Assembly: GCF_032191835.1 (NCBI RefSeq)
Contig: NC_083243.1
Coordinates: 144,026,001 to 144,090,000 of the forward strand
From: Heteronotia binoei
Taxonomy: Eukaryota
Direction of reading: 5' to 3'
DNA: 64,000 bases
A program made the position numbers and the translations under genes. The notes beneath the pieces were generated by a model. The model saw nothing but the letters and a program-made list of their open reading frames with translations. It was not told where the DNA came from and did not search any database. Positions 10,407 to 22,657 of this stretch are shown piece by piece (within the stretch, counting starts at the first letter, position 1; every line of letters begins with the position of its first letter).

Positions 10407-10748
10407 AAAATGGGTTGCACTTACCTGTAACCATTGTTCATCTAGTGGTCTTCTGTGCAGACGCACATCCCTCCCTTCTGCCCCGCTGTGAACTCTCTGT
10501 AACCTCAGTGTCTTAGGTTGTCCGGTGGCAGCATGGAGAGAACTGAGGGAGTAGCACCCCTTTTCCCAGTCAGGTGATCTTTTTGGTGGGAAAGCGCCTG
10601 AGGGAGGAGGGGTGCTCCTAGTCTATTAGAAAGCTTGGAAATACTTTCCACAGCAGGCCTGCCCTCAGGCAGTCCCCCCCCCCCCATGTGTATCTGTACA
10701 GAAGACCACTCGATGAACAATGGTTACGGGTAAGTGTAACCGCATTTT
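10407..10748. mobile_element. Non-autonomous DIRS-type element with about 62-bp inverted terminal repeats
   Basis: 10407-10468 AAAATGGGTTGCACTTACCTGTAACCATTGTTCATCTAGTGGTCTTCTGTGCAGACGCACAT is the near reverse complement of 10686-10748. The termini resemble reptile DIRS ends as I recall them. Confidence 0.7.
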
Positions 10749-13700
10749 TTGTGATATTTTGGTTGAAAAATAATTTGTTCTGAGGTTTTCCTGCGGACCT
10801 TCATGGCTTAGAATTTCTTCTTTTAAAAACTTAGTTCATATACCTGGTACTGTTTGTTTCATGGGAAAATTTAGTTTGAAAGGCTCACAAATTGTTGTTT
10901 ATATCTTTTTTTTTTTTAAAGCAAGTAGCTACTTTGTTCACCTCAAGTGTACATAAGACATGCTGAAACCCAGTAGAAATAGCTGAATTCAACTCTGTGG
11001 CAGGTTGTGGTCACAGCCTTCCAACAGGGCTTGGAAATCAAGAATACAAGTGCTCCCATAACCAGGGGCTCCTATGAAGTGATATTGGATTTTGCCAAGT
11101 TTATTTGCAATCTGGAAACACCCTGGCCACTCAAAACAAGTGACTGTAGTTCCAGTCACCTCAATAGGATGTGGGGTGTCTCTTTTACAATGCACAGTTA
11201 TACTTCTTGAGTTTGACACACCTTGAGAATCAACCATCTAGAAGGGCATTAAGAATAAGCTATTATGTGACAATCAAGGTTCTTACCTGGTTTCTGGATT
11301 TGACTCAAATGCATTCAGCGTTCAGAAGAGATTACATCTTTCTAGCCCTCTGGGCAGACCAAAACTTTGGACTATTTTGTTTGCACAGTTTCACCTTGGC
11401 ACTCTTTTATAATAATACTCTATGCACAGTATCTTGTCTAGTTAGGGAAGGAGTTCATATCTATAGTGAAAACCTTTGCCAAAATATAGTGATAAAAGAA
11501 GGAAAGCATGGAAAGCACTCTTCTTCTCCAGAGGACCCATTTTATTACTGTAGGTGTTTTTACAAAATTTGGCAACTGTTATTGACTCAGGAATTGGTAA
11601 GAATTCCTACCAAACAGTGGTTAACTGGATTGTACCAAGCTTCAGGGCTCATCATCTATTAAATTGGACTCTCTTTCAACACATGCACCCACACACATTT
11701 TAGATTCTGTCCCATTTGCCACAACATGCCATAGGTGTGATGATTTCTTCATATTGCAAAACAGTATTTCATCCCTGCCAAGAAACTCATCAACAAAATA
11801 ATCCTAGTACAACAGTTAAGTGTTTTTTAATTTAAAAAACCCCATAGATTCCAGTCTGTTTACCCAACAGGATAGATTCAAAAAGGTCTCATATATTTTC
11901 TGTGGATTAGTGTGTTTTTAAAGGGTTGGATTTAAACTCTTGCTTGCACAAGCAAGAGGGTACCTCTATCATACAAATGAGAAGTGGGGTGGAGCATCCC
12001 TCCAGCTGCATCCCCCCACATTCTACACTGTTCCTTACCCTCAGGAAAATCTTTGGGGGCATCAAAGGTGCTGCAACAAGAATGGAGAGGTGGGAAAGCT
12101 CACAGTACAATGAATTCTGCACATTGAACCTGAGAGCTGCAATGTTATCTTTGTGCAGGCAGCTTCTCTTAAATATATAAGATTAAATCTCTGCTACACA
12201 GAGATCAAGAACATAATAATTGAGGGCACCTAATCCTACCCAAGACCTGGTGATGGGTCCTTTTCTCCTTCCTTATTTCGTCTTCCAAGAGGTAGTAGTC
12301 TAGCAAAACAACAATATAAATTAAATGCATGCTATAGACAGCAAAGTGAACCCTCAAAGCCCTTGCAGCTGTTGTTTACCACTGTGTTGCACATTCTGGT
12401 CCTCCATGTGGATCTCTGGGGACACAAAATTCTTCACAACAAGCAAAGAAGAGAATTTATTATGTAACTGGTGAGAGGCGGTAGTGGAGGATATGAGCAG
12501 GAAGTACAACTAAACAATCTACTTCATAAGATTCTTGCAAGACAATAGCACTTCTTTTCTGCTTCACATTCAAGGTTCCCAGAAGGACTGAAATTGAAAT
12601 ATGACCAAAGTACATCAGATGTCTATTGGAGAAATGAAAATGTACACAAGCCTTCATGGAAACACTTATCAAACAAGAGAAAAAATCAAACCCAAACCCC
12701 ATTCTGCAGCGAAGAAAGGAGTAGAGAGAGGACAAATTGGAGCAGAGACTGCAAACAGACTATATTAAAAGAGCATCCCAGGGGCAACTGCAATAGAGAT
12801 ACAGGCGAAGATAGTTATATGTTCTAAAGAGTGACATGCCCTGAAAAAAATATAACTTGGAATGCAGCCTCTGTGGAATATCTGTCTACCATATATGGAC
12901 AGAAAAAAGAACACTTCATGTACTATGAGCAGTGCTTAAGGTTGGCCCAGGATGTTTGCAACACCTTGTAACTCAAGAAACGCTTCCCAGCATCCTCTGT
13001 GATGTATCTCCTGTGTGAGGTACTGCTTCATTGGTATTCCTAAAACTACCATCAGCCTAAACAACTGTTTATAATGTTTATGTTAGTTGGGCTCACCCTG
13101 TGAAGGACACAGATTCTTCAAATCCCTAAACTCATAAATGAAATTTAACATCACAGAAAAGGGTGAGTTTAGAGCTGGTTCTCTGCTATTAGCAGTGCCG
13201 CAATGAGCATGCACTTAGTATCCTTGTGCACAAGCAGTATCTTGTGCACATTGCTAATGGGGATCTGTGATGCTCATCAAAGCCCTAGTGAACTGTTTGA
13301 GTGCATCCTTTCATACAAACAGTGAGCGATATCCACAGCAAGTATGTTTAGCAGGATACAAATACAGATGGATTGGAGCCAGAAGTTACAGGGCAACAAT
13401 TAAATATACTTATTTGTAAAACATTTAAATGTATCACAAAACAAAATTCTTGGAGCATAGTCTACTGAAGGTTCTCCTCTGCAAGCCCAAAAGCTCAAAT
13501 TCATTTCAATACAGGTTCCATACCAGTGCTGATAGATTGTGGCCTGGTTTTATTGGCCCTGGCCAATAAAACTATGTATGACAGAGCAGTCCTAAATGGA
13601 GGTATATCCTTCTTGGCCCATTGTCCTGAATGAATTTAGACGGGTGAAACTCTGCCTGGGACTGCACTGTAAATAAACTATTAAAGGCCATGTTTTACCT

Positions 13701-14515
13701 GCTTCCTAAGCGTGGTAGCCAAAATGCTCTCATTTCTTCACTGTTGTTTTCTTGAGTGATGTTACTGGGTGAAACATGAAAATCTAAGGTCATTAAATAA
13801 CTTTCATTTGAACAGAAAAGGATAAGTTTTGTTCTAGCTGGCAGGTCAACACAACCTCTTATGGTATTGTGCTTAATTAAGAACCAGAAACAATATGATT
13901 TATTCCATGCACACAAATATCTGACAGCCTAATGCTATTGGCAGCTCTGCATGACCTGGTGCTGAAGTACAAAAATCAATTCCATTCACAGAAATACAAT
14001 TCAATTCCAATCAAAGAATCCAAAGTTCAATTCCAAAATTCCACACAAGATTCCCAGGGATAACTCTTGTTCCGGTCACCTTCATCAGTGAACTGTAAAA
14101 TAACAAGGCTATAATTTATAAACACTAATCTAAAAAAGCCACTGGAACTGCTATATCACAAAAAGAAGCTCATTCTTACCCCCACCAGGATGTAGTAGGC
14201 AATTAATGGCTGCCAATATTAAGCAGAGTCCTGTGTAATTTTTATATAATAAAAAATAGCCATGTGACAACTAGAGTTCTTTTATTCAAAGATGTTTTAA
14301 GGATATTTAACTTACCACAGGTAAATACTTATTTCAGACAAGGCACCATCCCAACTTTTCAGAGTATGAAACTTCCATCATGGTTTAGCCTCACAAGGAG
14401 CTTAAACCTTCCAGGTGGCTTAAATAAACCTAGCACAAGATCCTTAAAGCTACATTGTACTATTTGTCATGCATAAACATAATGAAAAATTATAGGAAAC
14501 AAAGAATATTCTCAC

Positions 14516-14583
14516 TCTACATGGATAAGACTGGGGTTTAACAGCAGCAGCAGAACTCTAAACTTGCATCTTTGAAGCTTTAG
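14516..14583 (-). CDS. Candidate exon S (phase 0-2): LKLQRCKFRVLLLLLNPSLIHV
   Basis: tttcattttgtttcccatcccag| ... AGA|gtgaga; only phase 0 is open. Confidence 0.3.
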
Positions 14584-15613
14584 CTGGGATGGGAAACAAA
14601 ATGAAATGAAAGTGCTTCATCTGGTTTATAGAAATGTGCAATTGAGTGGTTCCCCATTACATTTGCCCTATACGACACATCGTATTGTAAATACAGATGA
14701 CATCTGCTGCCATTTTAAAACTGAAATTTGAAGATATTTCATTCAAGCGGTCTTGTTAATTTTTTACTTTATTTTTATTTGAAGTGTGAAAAGTTTACGC
14801 ATTTGTGGTATTGTGACTTGATTTGTTGGACAGTCGTCTATCAGGGATGTTTTATACAACTTGTGCAGATTAAAATCTATTGGATCTTTCCATAGGCATA
14901 GATGTAACAATTCTATGAAGTGGTTCCCTCAAAATATACTGCAGATCTAATATACTGCTAACAGCCAAACTGGAATCAATGAATGCAGCTCCCAAAATTT
15001 TCCAGAGGGGAAAAAAAGATCTGAAGCAACTGAAGGTCAATCCACAAATGCTTGGTAAAACAGAAGCATTTTCACCTGATACCTAAACTCAACATGGTGC
15101 CGAATGAACAGCTGCAGGCAGGGAGTGCTGGAGAAAAGGCACCTCAAAAAAAAAAAAAAAGCCCTGTTTCTGGCAACCACAGGGAGAGAGCACAAAGGGC
15201 TGAGGGTGAGGGTCTCAGAAAGATCTTAACTGTCAGGAAAATTCACATAGGAACAGACAGTCCTTTTTTATATTGCAGTTCAGGAATAGTTTAGGACAAA
15301 TGTTCTTTCTCTTCAGGAGCCAGCCTGAGAATTTAGGAGCCAGATTTAGTTTCCAGCCTTCAGGGTTTTGTATTTTAATGACCACTGTGACAGAAGCCCT
15401 AAAACCTTACTAAGGGCTCAAGAGTGCCACCTAGAGTGTCTGGGATATTGGAATAACCCATTCAATTCCATTCCTCTTTGGACCATCCTGCCAGATGTAA
15501 TCCTTTCTGCACAAAGGACAGTCTGGTTTGGACCAGGCCATCTATTTGTCATGGGAAGTTCAGCACCATGGCCAGATGGAGATGGGACTATATTTTATAG
15601 GTTTCTGATTGGT

Positions 15614-15923
15614 AACTCTGTAGCCTCTGACTTCAGAGATGGGGCTTTGCATGGATTTACGAAATTAGCTAATTGCTCTTAGAGAGGAGGTTGTCTTAGA
15701 TGCAGTTCCATTGACCATGAATATTTGGACATTTGGGATTTTCCCTTGACTCCAGTCTTCAGCAGAAACTCTGTAGCCTCTGACTTCAGAGATGGGGCTT
15801 TGCATGGATTTACGAAATTAGCTAATTGCTCTTAGAGAGGAGGTTGTCTTAGATGCAGTTCCATTGACCATGAATATTTGGACATTTGGGATTTTCCCTT
15901 GACTCCAGTCTTCAGCAGAAACT
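15614..15923. repeat. Perfect 153-bp tandem duplication
   Basis: 15614-15766 and 15767-15919 look identical by eye; AACT microhomology at the junction. Confidence 0.92.
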
Positions 15924-16522
15924 AGGGTTCACAGGAAGTTGGGTACATGCTTCTCCTCCAAAATCTTGTTACTGCAAGGAACTCTGCATATGCTATGAAG
16001 AACCTGCTACAGCCTAGGTAAAGTCTGCTTAGGTGAGTTAGTTCAATTGTATTGCTTTTTATTTTGTGTTGTGTTCCTACGTGGCATAGAATGATGAACT
16101 TGCCTCTTGTGTTGTTATGTCTGGGTGAATCCTACATACAGCCACTTGTGCGGACTGTCGTCTTTTAATACTTAAAGCCAGAATCTCCCCATCAATGTCA
16201 AGACACCAGTATCATTCTGATGAATTCTTAGAGCTGAAGACTTTGGAGAGGCAGCCCAAAATATAAACATTGGCACAGAGCAACATCGGAGTTGGACACT
16301 CAGCACCATTAAATGCAATATGTCACAGTTCCAATGATGGTTCCGTCTAACTAGGAAGAGGGTAACTAAAGTGTAATGCCTATGTGGTGCCCTCCTGCCA
16401 AGAGGCCTAAGATTTCACAAGGAAGACCTGAAAAAGGTCCCTCATGCTCCTTGTTGGAGGAGTTTTCACAGTATTCTGTTGGTGAAAGTGACATAGATAA
16501 AGCTTCTATTCTTGAATCTTAA

Positions 16523-17060
16523 ATGGCATTGTTGCCTTCACTGGATGAGGCAATAAATGAATCAGCTTCACTGTCACCAACTGAAGATCTAAAGTTTTAT
16601 TCAGAGCAAATCATAAGGATGGCAAAAGCCCTGAATTTAGAATATTTGTCATCAGAGCCTAAAACCAAGGATCTCATCGTGGAGGTGCTCTACACCCCAG
16701 GTTCTGGGCTGGCAGTACTTCCTTTCATTCAGGGGGTGCGAGACATGGTTATGAATGCTTGGACTAAAGCTACCTCTGCCTCAGCTTTTTCAAAGAAGCT
16801 TGAAAATCTGTATAGAGTTAAGAAGGACACAGTACAGTACCTTTTTCAACATCCCAAAGCAAATTCAATGGTTGCACAGGTCCTCCCTGCTAGGGGGAGA
16901 GCTGGATCACGATCTTCACCCAGCGATAAAGAAGGCAGAAAGATGGACTTTTTGGATAGAAAAATATGCTCATTGGGGTGATGGCATTTAAGGTTTCTAA
17001 CTCTGCTGCTGTTTTGGGCAGATATCAGATGTTCCTAACTGCATCTCTAGCTGAGACAGA
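16523..17060 (+). pseudogene. DIRS retrotransposon ORF1/gag remnant (LAP2alpha-like domain)
   Basis: AWTKATSASAFSKKLENLYRV...YLFQHPKANSMVAQ...PSDKEGRKMDFLDRK. After a frameshift it continues as MAFKVSNSAAVLGRYQMFL, a typical vertebrate DIRS gag pattern. Confidence 0.7.
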
Positions 17061-17194
17061 GAAGACTAAGTGTGGCCCTTCTGAGAAGAAAGTGGAAATT
17101 GCCCTAAGTGTAGCGATCTGGAGACAGACAAGGAATGAGACTTAACAGGAGAGAGGAGGTGCTGTCTTCGTTTGCATATCACCATTGCTTCACT

Positions 17195-17299
17195 CAGGGC
17201 TTTTTTGTAGAAAAAGTCCATCAGGAACTCATTTGCATATTAGGCAGCACCCCATGACGCCAAGCCAGCTGAATGCGTTTCTGCTCAAAAAAAGCCCTG
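17195..17299. mobile_element. hAT-like MITE (CAGGGCTTTTTT...AAAAAAAGCCCTG), short copy
   Basis: Terminal inverted repeats; same family as 34354-34544. Confidence 0.65.
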
Positions 17300-17677
17300 T
17301 GTGTCCTTAATATTAGTCTCTTGGCATATTGTTTGTTTTCATACTGTGACCAAGCTAGCATGTAGAGTATTGAAGTAACTAAGGTAGCAAGTCATATTTC
17401 CCCAGTCACACTAGGCAGCATATCTAATTTTCTGTCTGCTCTTTTACATTTATGCGAATTCATCCATTCTGACTTCCCATAATAGTTTATAATATCATTC
17501 TGTCTGTTTATATTGGTCAATCTCATAGCTGTGACAATAACATCAAGCCATAAGGATGAGACACCACAAAAATTCTTGTCTCTCCTTGACTTTGGCATTA
17601 ATTTTCAGTTCAGGAAGGCTTTTTTCTTCCTCTTCAGAGTTCTCAAAATTTGTGGAACATGAAAAACTCTTTCTTAC

Positions 17678-17733
17678 CAGTTCCATCTTTCTGATTAATT
17701 GCAAGCCTTGATAAAGCATTCTTTTATATACCC
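17678..17733 (-). CDS. Candidate exon W (phase 1-0): GVYKRMLYQGLQLIRKMEL
   Basis: aaatacag| ... CTG|gtaaga; only phase 1 is open. Confidence 0.35.
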
Positions 17734-18236
17734 CTGTATTTAACAACTATACTTTTATAACACAGCATAAGAAGATTGGTGCTGGTGCCTACATTATGTG
17801 GCAATTGTAGGCATGTTTGCTATAAACTCTGGTACTGAGAGTGGCAAAGGCTATAATGTTTGTTGCAAAGCTGTCGGTAAATACACTGTCACTACACAAC
17901 AAGGAGCAAGATGAGACTCCAGCTGGCTATGTTCCCAGACCTTACATGTTAGAAGCATTCATCTCCACTCCACATTATATGCAACAGACATATTTGCCAT
18001 ATAAAGCATGAACTGGAACACCAAAAGCTCTTAAATTTGCACTTTATGGATGGACCAAACTAAAAGTTCTACAGGAAATTTGTCCTTTTTGGCAATTCTT
18101 GCTGCTGCTGCTGCCGCCGCCACTGCTGTCACTTTGACAGACTTCAGACTTAACTGAGACAACAGGGCTACTGGGATGGTATAATCCTTCCTTCCCATGC
18201 TGATCTAAGTCACCTCTGAACATGCTGTACTCCCAC

Positions 18237-18272
18237 CTGGGGTGGAAAGATACAGGTACTTGTACTTTTTCC
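18237..18272 (-). CDS. Candidate exon Z: GKKYKYLYLSTP (phase 1-1); alternatively a 76-codon terminal exon to 18044 in phase 2
   Basis: Strong acceptor ttcaatgtctgtttcacag|; weak donor gtggga. Confidence 0.33.
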
Positions 18273-18370
18273 CTGTGAAACAGACATTGAAGGGTAATTA
18301 AGATCAGGAAAATCGTATGAAGAAAATTTGTTCAATCACCATTGCTCTGATCAGATTTTACTTTTAAGGT

Positions 18371-19043
18371 TGTGACGGGATGCATTTCTCCTGGGAGGCT
18401 GGCAAGCAGGAAACCTCCACTTGGCATTTTAAACTTTTTGAAAAATTTTCTCTGGGCAGAGAACAGCTGGGAAGGAGGAAGTCCATCCATGGCTTTCCAG
18501 ACTCACCTTCATACAAATGCTGATGATAGCCAAACTTCCCCCTTCTCCCCCACCTTTCTCCAAGCAGGGAACAGTGTTTGGTGGGCTTTAGGCTAGAACA
18601 GCCCAGGAATAATCTCCAGGAAGAGGCTGGAGGAAATGCTTCTCTAACCTGACCTGATCAGGTCAAGTGGGAGGGCGAAACAGAGGTGATAAGAACCTCC
18701 TTGCCACAGGAAGTGGCTCTCTTTCTTTGGGATGTTGCATTGAGGAGAACTCTGAGTTCTGGTTTGCAAGCAGGTGGCCATTGACCATGTGGGTTGCCTG
18801 AAACATCTGAAGCAAGCTTAGATAGAAACTCTGTAGAGAACTACAACAGTTAAGCCAAACAGCCTGTCCTTTATTTTAACAGCTGATAGGGTATGTATAG
18901 AAAAAGGGACAGAGGATTTGTGTTTTTACAATTTCTTTTCTATTCCTTGCTCAAATCTAGCCTTGCACTGAAAGTATGTTTGTAATCGATTTCTTTTTAA
19001 TAAATACTTTAAATTTTTGATGCTGGAAGTGGTTCTCAGAACA
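18371..19043 (+). mobile_element. Probable solo LTR
   Basis: TGT...ACA termini and AATAAA about 40 nt before the end. No TSD found. Confidence 0.4.
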
Positions 19044-19060
19044 TGCTATCTAAAAAAGGG

Positions 19061-19402
19061 GGAAAACATCTTATATTGTTTATTTATGGGGATGTGGTTG
19101 TCAAGGAACCAGAGATTACTGTGGATGACTCCTACTCTTACCACTTGCTCAACAGCTCAGAGGCTGAATAAGGTAACTTCCGTGTACACTGCAATGATCC
19201 AGTGGGGTAAGATGGGGAGAAAAAAATCAATAATTCCCTTTATTTATTACACAGGGTATAAGCCAAAGCTCACTTCACCATATTTTTTAAATCATCCCTC
19301 GTTGAGCATGCCTGATTAGAATTAACTCTTTTGAAACCAATCCTTCCCATGGACAATGGTAAGAGCATAAAAAGAGCCCTCCAGTCCATCTGGTCTATTA
19401 TT
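19061..19402. repeat. Local duplication, copy 1 (about 340 bp; copy 2 at 20291-20647)
   Basis: About 90% or better identity by eye, offset 1230 bp. Confidence 0.9.
19142..19188 (-). CDS. Candidate exon X, copy 1 (phase 0-2, open): CTRKLPYSASELLSKW
   Basis: tttttttctccccatctt...cattgcag| and GTG|gtaaga; only phase 0 is open. Confidence 0.35.
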
Positions 19403-20201
19403 ATTATTCAGTTTTGTCCTCTGTTGAAGCAAATAATTTTAATCATGTCATCCCTTTGTAACCACATGTGAAACTTCTTGTTGCCTTTTGCTCTTTGACA
19501 TAAAAATCAGTTTCTACCAAGCATGCAACAGGCCGTTCTATAAATGTCAGTATTCTGTATCTTATATAATAGTCCTCTATGAAAGTGTTCATAATGTAGT
19601 TTGTTTGGCATCATTAGAGGAACCCATCTGTGTCTAATTTTGTATTTTCAATTTGTATGGGAACAATCCCTTCAAACTACATAGTGCAAAAGCTGACCAC
19701 CAATTTTCAAAATGGGTGGATTTTGTTTGTCTCCAAATGCATTTCATATGTTTGAGAAATTTCCCAACTTCCTCTAGTTTTGCCCTTCAGCATTAACTGG
19801 CTATTCAGCTATGAAGAAACTCAAAGGTGCTCTTGAATGAGCTGACATCCAGCTTGGTTTACATTGAAAGAGCACTCTGCAGAGTTCCAAAGCAAGAAGT
19901 CAGCAGCACTGCTTCTGTCTAGAGCTGGCACCTTGCAATCCAGAAGAAGGTCTGTCCATTCCCTGGCTGGTGGGAGAAAAGATAGCTATGGTTCCTGCTA
20001 CTGCCTTTCCCTGACCCTGTGTCCACTGTCTCCCCCTCCCTTGCTGTGCTGTGTAGGAATACATGTCTGCTGCACAGCAGGTAAAGGAAGGCAAATTACA
20101 GCATGGAGAGAAAGGAACAGAGAGGAGGAGGAGCCAGTTTGTCTTCCACTTCGAACTGAAGATTTAAAGGCCTTCTCTGGGTTCCAAAGTGACAAGCCTA
20201 C

Positions 20202-20254
20202 CTGTGCTAAGAATAAGAAATCGTAGCAAAACTTTTTTGTGCTTTTCAGCCTCC
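20202..20254 (-). CDS. Candidate exon Y (phase 2-1): EAEKHKKVLLRFLILST
   Basis: atttttaatatgcag| ... CAG|gtaggc. Confidence 0.38.
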
Positions 20255-20290
20255 CTGCATATTAAAAATACGATCACTGCTTACTGAAGA

Positions 20291-20647
20291 GGAAAACATC
20301 TTAAATTGTTTATTTATGGGAATGTGATTGTCAAGGAACCAGAGATTACTGTGGATGACTCCTACTCTTACCACTTGCTGAACAGCTCAGAGGATTAATA
20401 AGGTAACTTCCGTGTACACTGAAATGATCCAGTGGGGTAAGATGGGGAGAAAGAAATCAATAATTCCCTTTATTTATTACACAGGGTATAAGATTATGTG
20501 AGCCAAAGCTCACTTCACCATATTTTTTAAATCATCCCTCGTTGAGCATGCCTGATTAGAATTAGAAATCGGTTTTTAAAACCGATCCTTCCCATGGACA
20601 ATGGTAAGAGCATAAAAAGAGCCCTCCAGTCCATCTAGTCCATTATT
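20291..20647. repeat. Local duplication, copy 2
   Basis: Same evidence as 19061-19402. Confidence 0.9.
20372..20418 (-). pseudogene. Candidate exon X, copy 2 (phase 0-2), with premature TAA: CTRKLPY*SSELFSKW
   Basis: Long pyrimidine tract ..catttcag| and GTG|gtaaga; stop at 20395-20397. Confidence 0.35.
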
Positions 20648-20699
20648 CCTTGTCCATCATTCTGTTTCACACAGCAGCCAGTAAAATGCTCTAAAGATT

Positions 20700-21632
20700 A
20701 TGATGATGATGAATTGTCACAGTCAAATATTTGACTGGTAGACAGTGTTCTGCAATTCAAGAGCTAGCCACGTTCTTGGGAATTGCAGATGTATTTTTGC
20801 AGGATTCTTGCCATTTCAAGCAACACTGTCTTCTGGAGCTCAGCTGGTGTTATTTGCTCAATGCCAGAATATTCAGATGTTTCTTGAGACTTCTAGGCAC
20901 TGCTTCAAGGGCTCCAATGACAACTGGTTTGATGGTAACCTTCTCCCAGAGGTGCTCTTACTCTATTTGTAGGTCTTGGTATTTTGTTATCTTCTCCTGT
21001 TCTTTCTTTTGTATTCTCTTGTCTCCTGGGGATTGCAGTGACAATGATCCAGACCGATTTCTCACTAGGCTTGTTCTGGGCTCAGAGTCCTTTTTTCCCC
21101 CGGCACTTCTGTCTGATTTCACGCAAGCTGTCGCAGTGCTGCAACTTGCCTCACCTCTTTTCTACAGCAAGCAAGATCCTCTGAAAACTGGTTCCTATTT
21201 GCTGTGGGAAAGAGGCAGGGCAAGTCGCAGCCCCGTGGCACCTTGTGCTAAATTAGACAGAAGTACTGGGGGGTGGGGGGAATGGCTTCGAGACTGGAAC
21301 AAGCCTAGCGTTAAATCGGTCCCAAACTCTATTTCTCATTTTTTATATAATTGTGATATCAGGGATGTTATGTTCCAGGTGTTTATCTGTTTGCAGTCAG
21401 AAGTCCCAAACAATTTTTGTTTCATCATTCTCCATGAATTGTCTGATTTGTGCTTCCATTAATTTCTGACTCATAATAAGCCATTCTTCTTGCAAAGATT
21501 CCAGTCCAACATAGCTGCAACTCTATCATGATGTTCTTTATACTGAGTTTGAGTAATTCGACTGCAGACACTGACCATGTGGCCACCTGTTCCATCCTTT
21601 CTCTTGCAAAGTTGACATTCCCTGTTATCATC
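20700..21632 (-). mobile_element. R4-clade (restriction-like endonuclease) LINE, 5'-truncated 3' end, decayed
   Basis: CQLCKRKDGTGGHMVSVCSRITQTQYKEHHDRVAAMLDWNLCKK (CCHC), then VWII..AIP/GDKRIQKKEQEKITKYQDLQIE...PVVIGAL (RLE domain) and a (CAT)n tail. Interrupted by a MITE. Confidence 0.85.
21052..21321. mobile_element. 270-bp MITE with a 3-bp TSD (PIF/Harbinger-like)
   Basis: TIR GACCGATTT....CTAGGCTTGTTC / GAACAAGCCTAG....AAATCGGTC; TSD CCA at 21049-21051 and 21322-21324. Removing it restores the R4 reading. Confidence 0.8.
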
Positions 21633-21665
21633 AAGCCTCAGCAGTAAAATGTAGAATAAATACAC

Positions 21666-21863
21666 CAGTTGTGGAATTAAACTTGGGGGAGGGCAGGCCT
21701 TGAATTCAGCAGGAGCTCACAGAAGCGCAGCTCCTGAACCTTTCTGATGGTTCCCCCTCTTCCTCCCCACCTAGTACCTACCTTGTCCATTGAATAGTTG
21801 GTGCAGCTGCATAACAATCCCTGGATGAGCTGTACCACCTATTTTTCTACAAAGTGACCCCTG
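21666..21863 (-). mobile_element. MITE of the CAGGGGT..TTTTGTAGAAAAATAGGTGG family
   Basis: Shared with 31930-32028 and 52313-52460. Confidence 0.65.
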
Positions 21864-22260
21864 GAGAAGGGTGTCTGAAGTTATATGAAGCAGTAATCTT
21901 AGGTGACAAACTGGTGAAGGTGGGAGCTAGAGGAGAGAACCCTCCATAATTCATTGCTCCCTGTACCCCTTTAAAATGTGTGTGGCAAGCCATACTTTAG
22001 TCAGAGTTTGACCATTTCTGGTTGCCTGTTAGGACTATGAAAATGGTGGCTGAACCTTCCAAGTAGAAACAATCTCATGAGAATTCATGAGGTCGTATTG
22101 AGAGAAATAGCACAGTTCTAAGAAGAACTCCCTAAACTTCCAGTAAGGATGTTCAAGCACCTGCCAGTTCAACTCACTTCCCATTCCAAGCAACCAATTA
22201 ATCAAAAGGCTGTTTGGTTGTTTGCAACCTGTTTGTGTGTATTCACAGTAGTGGGACTAC

Positions 22261-22657
22261 TTTTTTTATTTATTTATTTATTTATTTATTTAAGATTTAT
22301 ATCCCGCCCTTCCCACAAGTGGCTCAGGGCGGCTTCCAATAGTAGATCCATCAAAATTACACATATAAAGGGATCCATATTTAAAACAGATAAAACAGAT
22401 AAAACAGATAAAACCCTAGTTATTAATACACATAAATATTTCAGCTATATATAAAAGGAATCCAGCAAGTTACAGTAAAATTCTCAAGCTAAGTAAAGGC
22501 TAGCCGGAAGAGGGTCGTCTTACAGGCCCTGCGGAACTGAACAAGGTCCCGCAGGGCCCTCACCTCTTCCGGCAGCTGATTCCACCATGTAGGGGCCATA
22601 ACAGAGAAAGCCCTTTCTCTGGTGGACTTCAACCGGGCTTCCTTCGGCCCAGGGATA
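22261..22657 (-). mobile_element. L2 LINE 3' end
   Basis: (TAAA)n tail, GGGCGGGATATAAAT 3' motif and L2 ORF2 C-terminal sequence similar to the other L2 copies. Confidence 0.8.

Noticed and set aside
10989-11237. P-loop-like IGAPGYGST on the minus strand
   Set aside because: Lacks the invariant Lys and a convincing exon context.
11171-11662. 163-aa ORF
   Set aside because: GTG start, no recognisable motif or splice support.
12700-13050. Cys/His pattern (CSLCG...HIW) suggesting a LINE C-terminus
   Set aside because: Too many stops to assign a family.
14060-14092. Second hammerhead-like string (CTGATGA...GAAC) on the minus strand
   Set aside because: Stem II cannot form properly and GAAA is absent.
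20731-21462. 243-aa plus-strand ORF
   Set aside because: Antisense to the R4 remnant and runs through an inserted MITE, with a non-ATG start. It also shows that long chance ORFs occur in this window.
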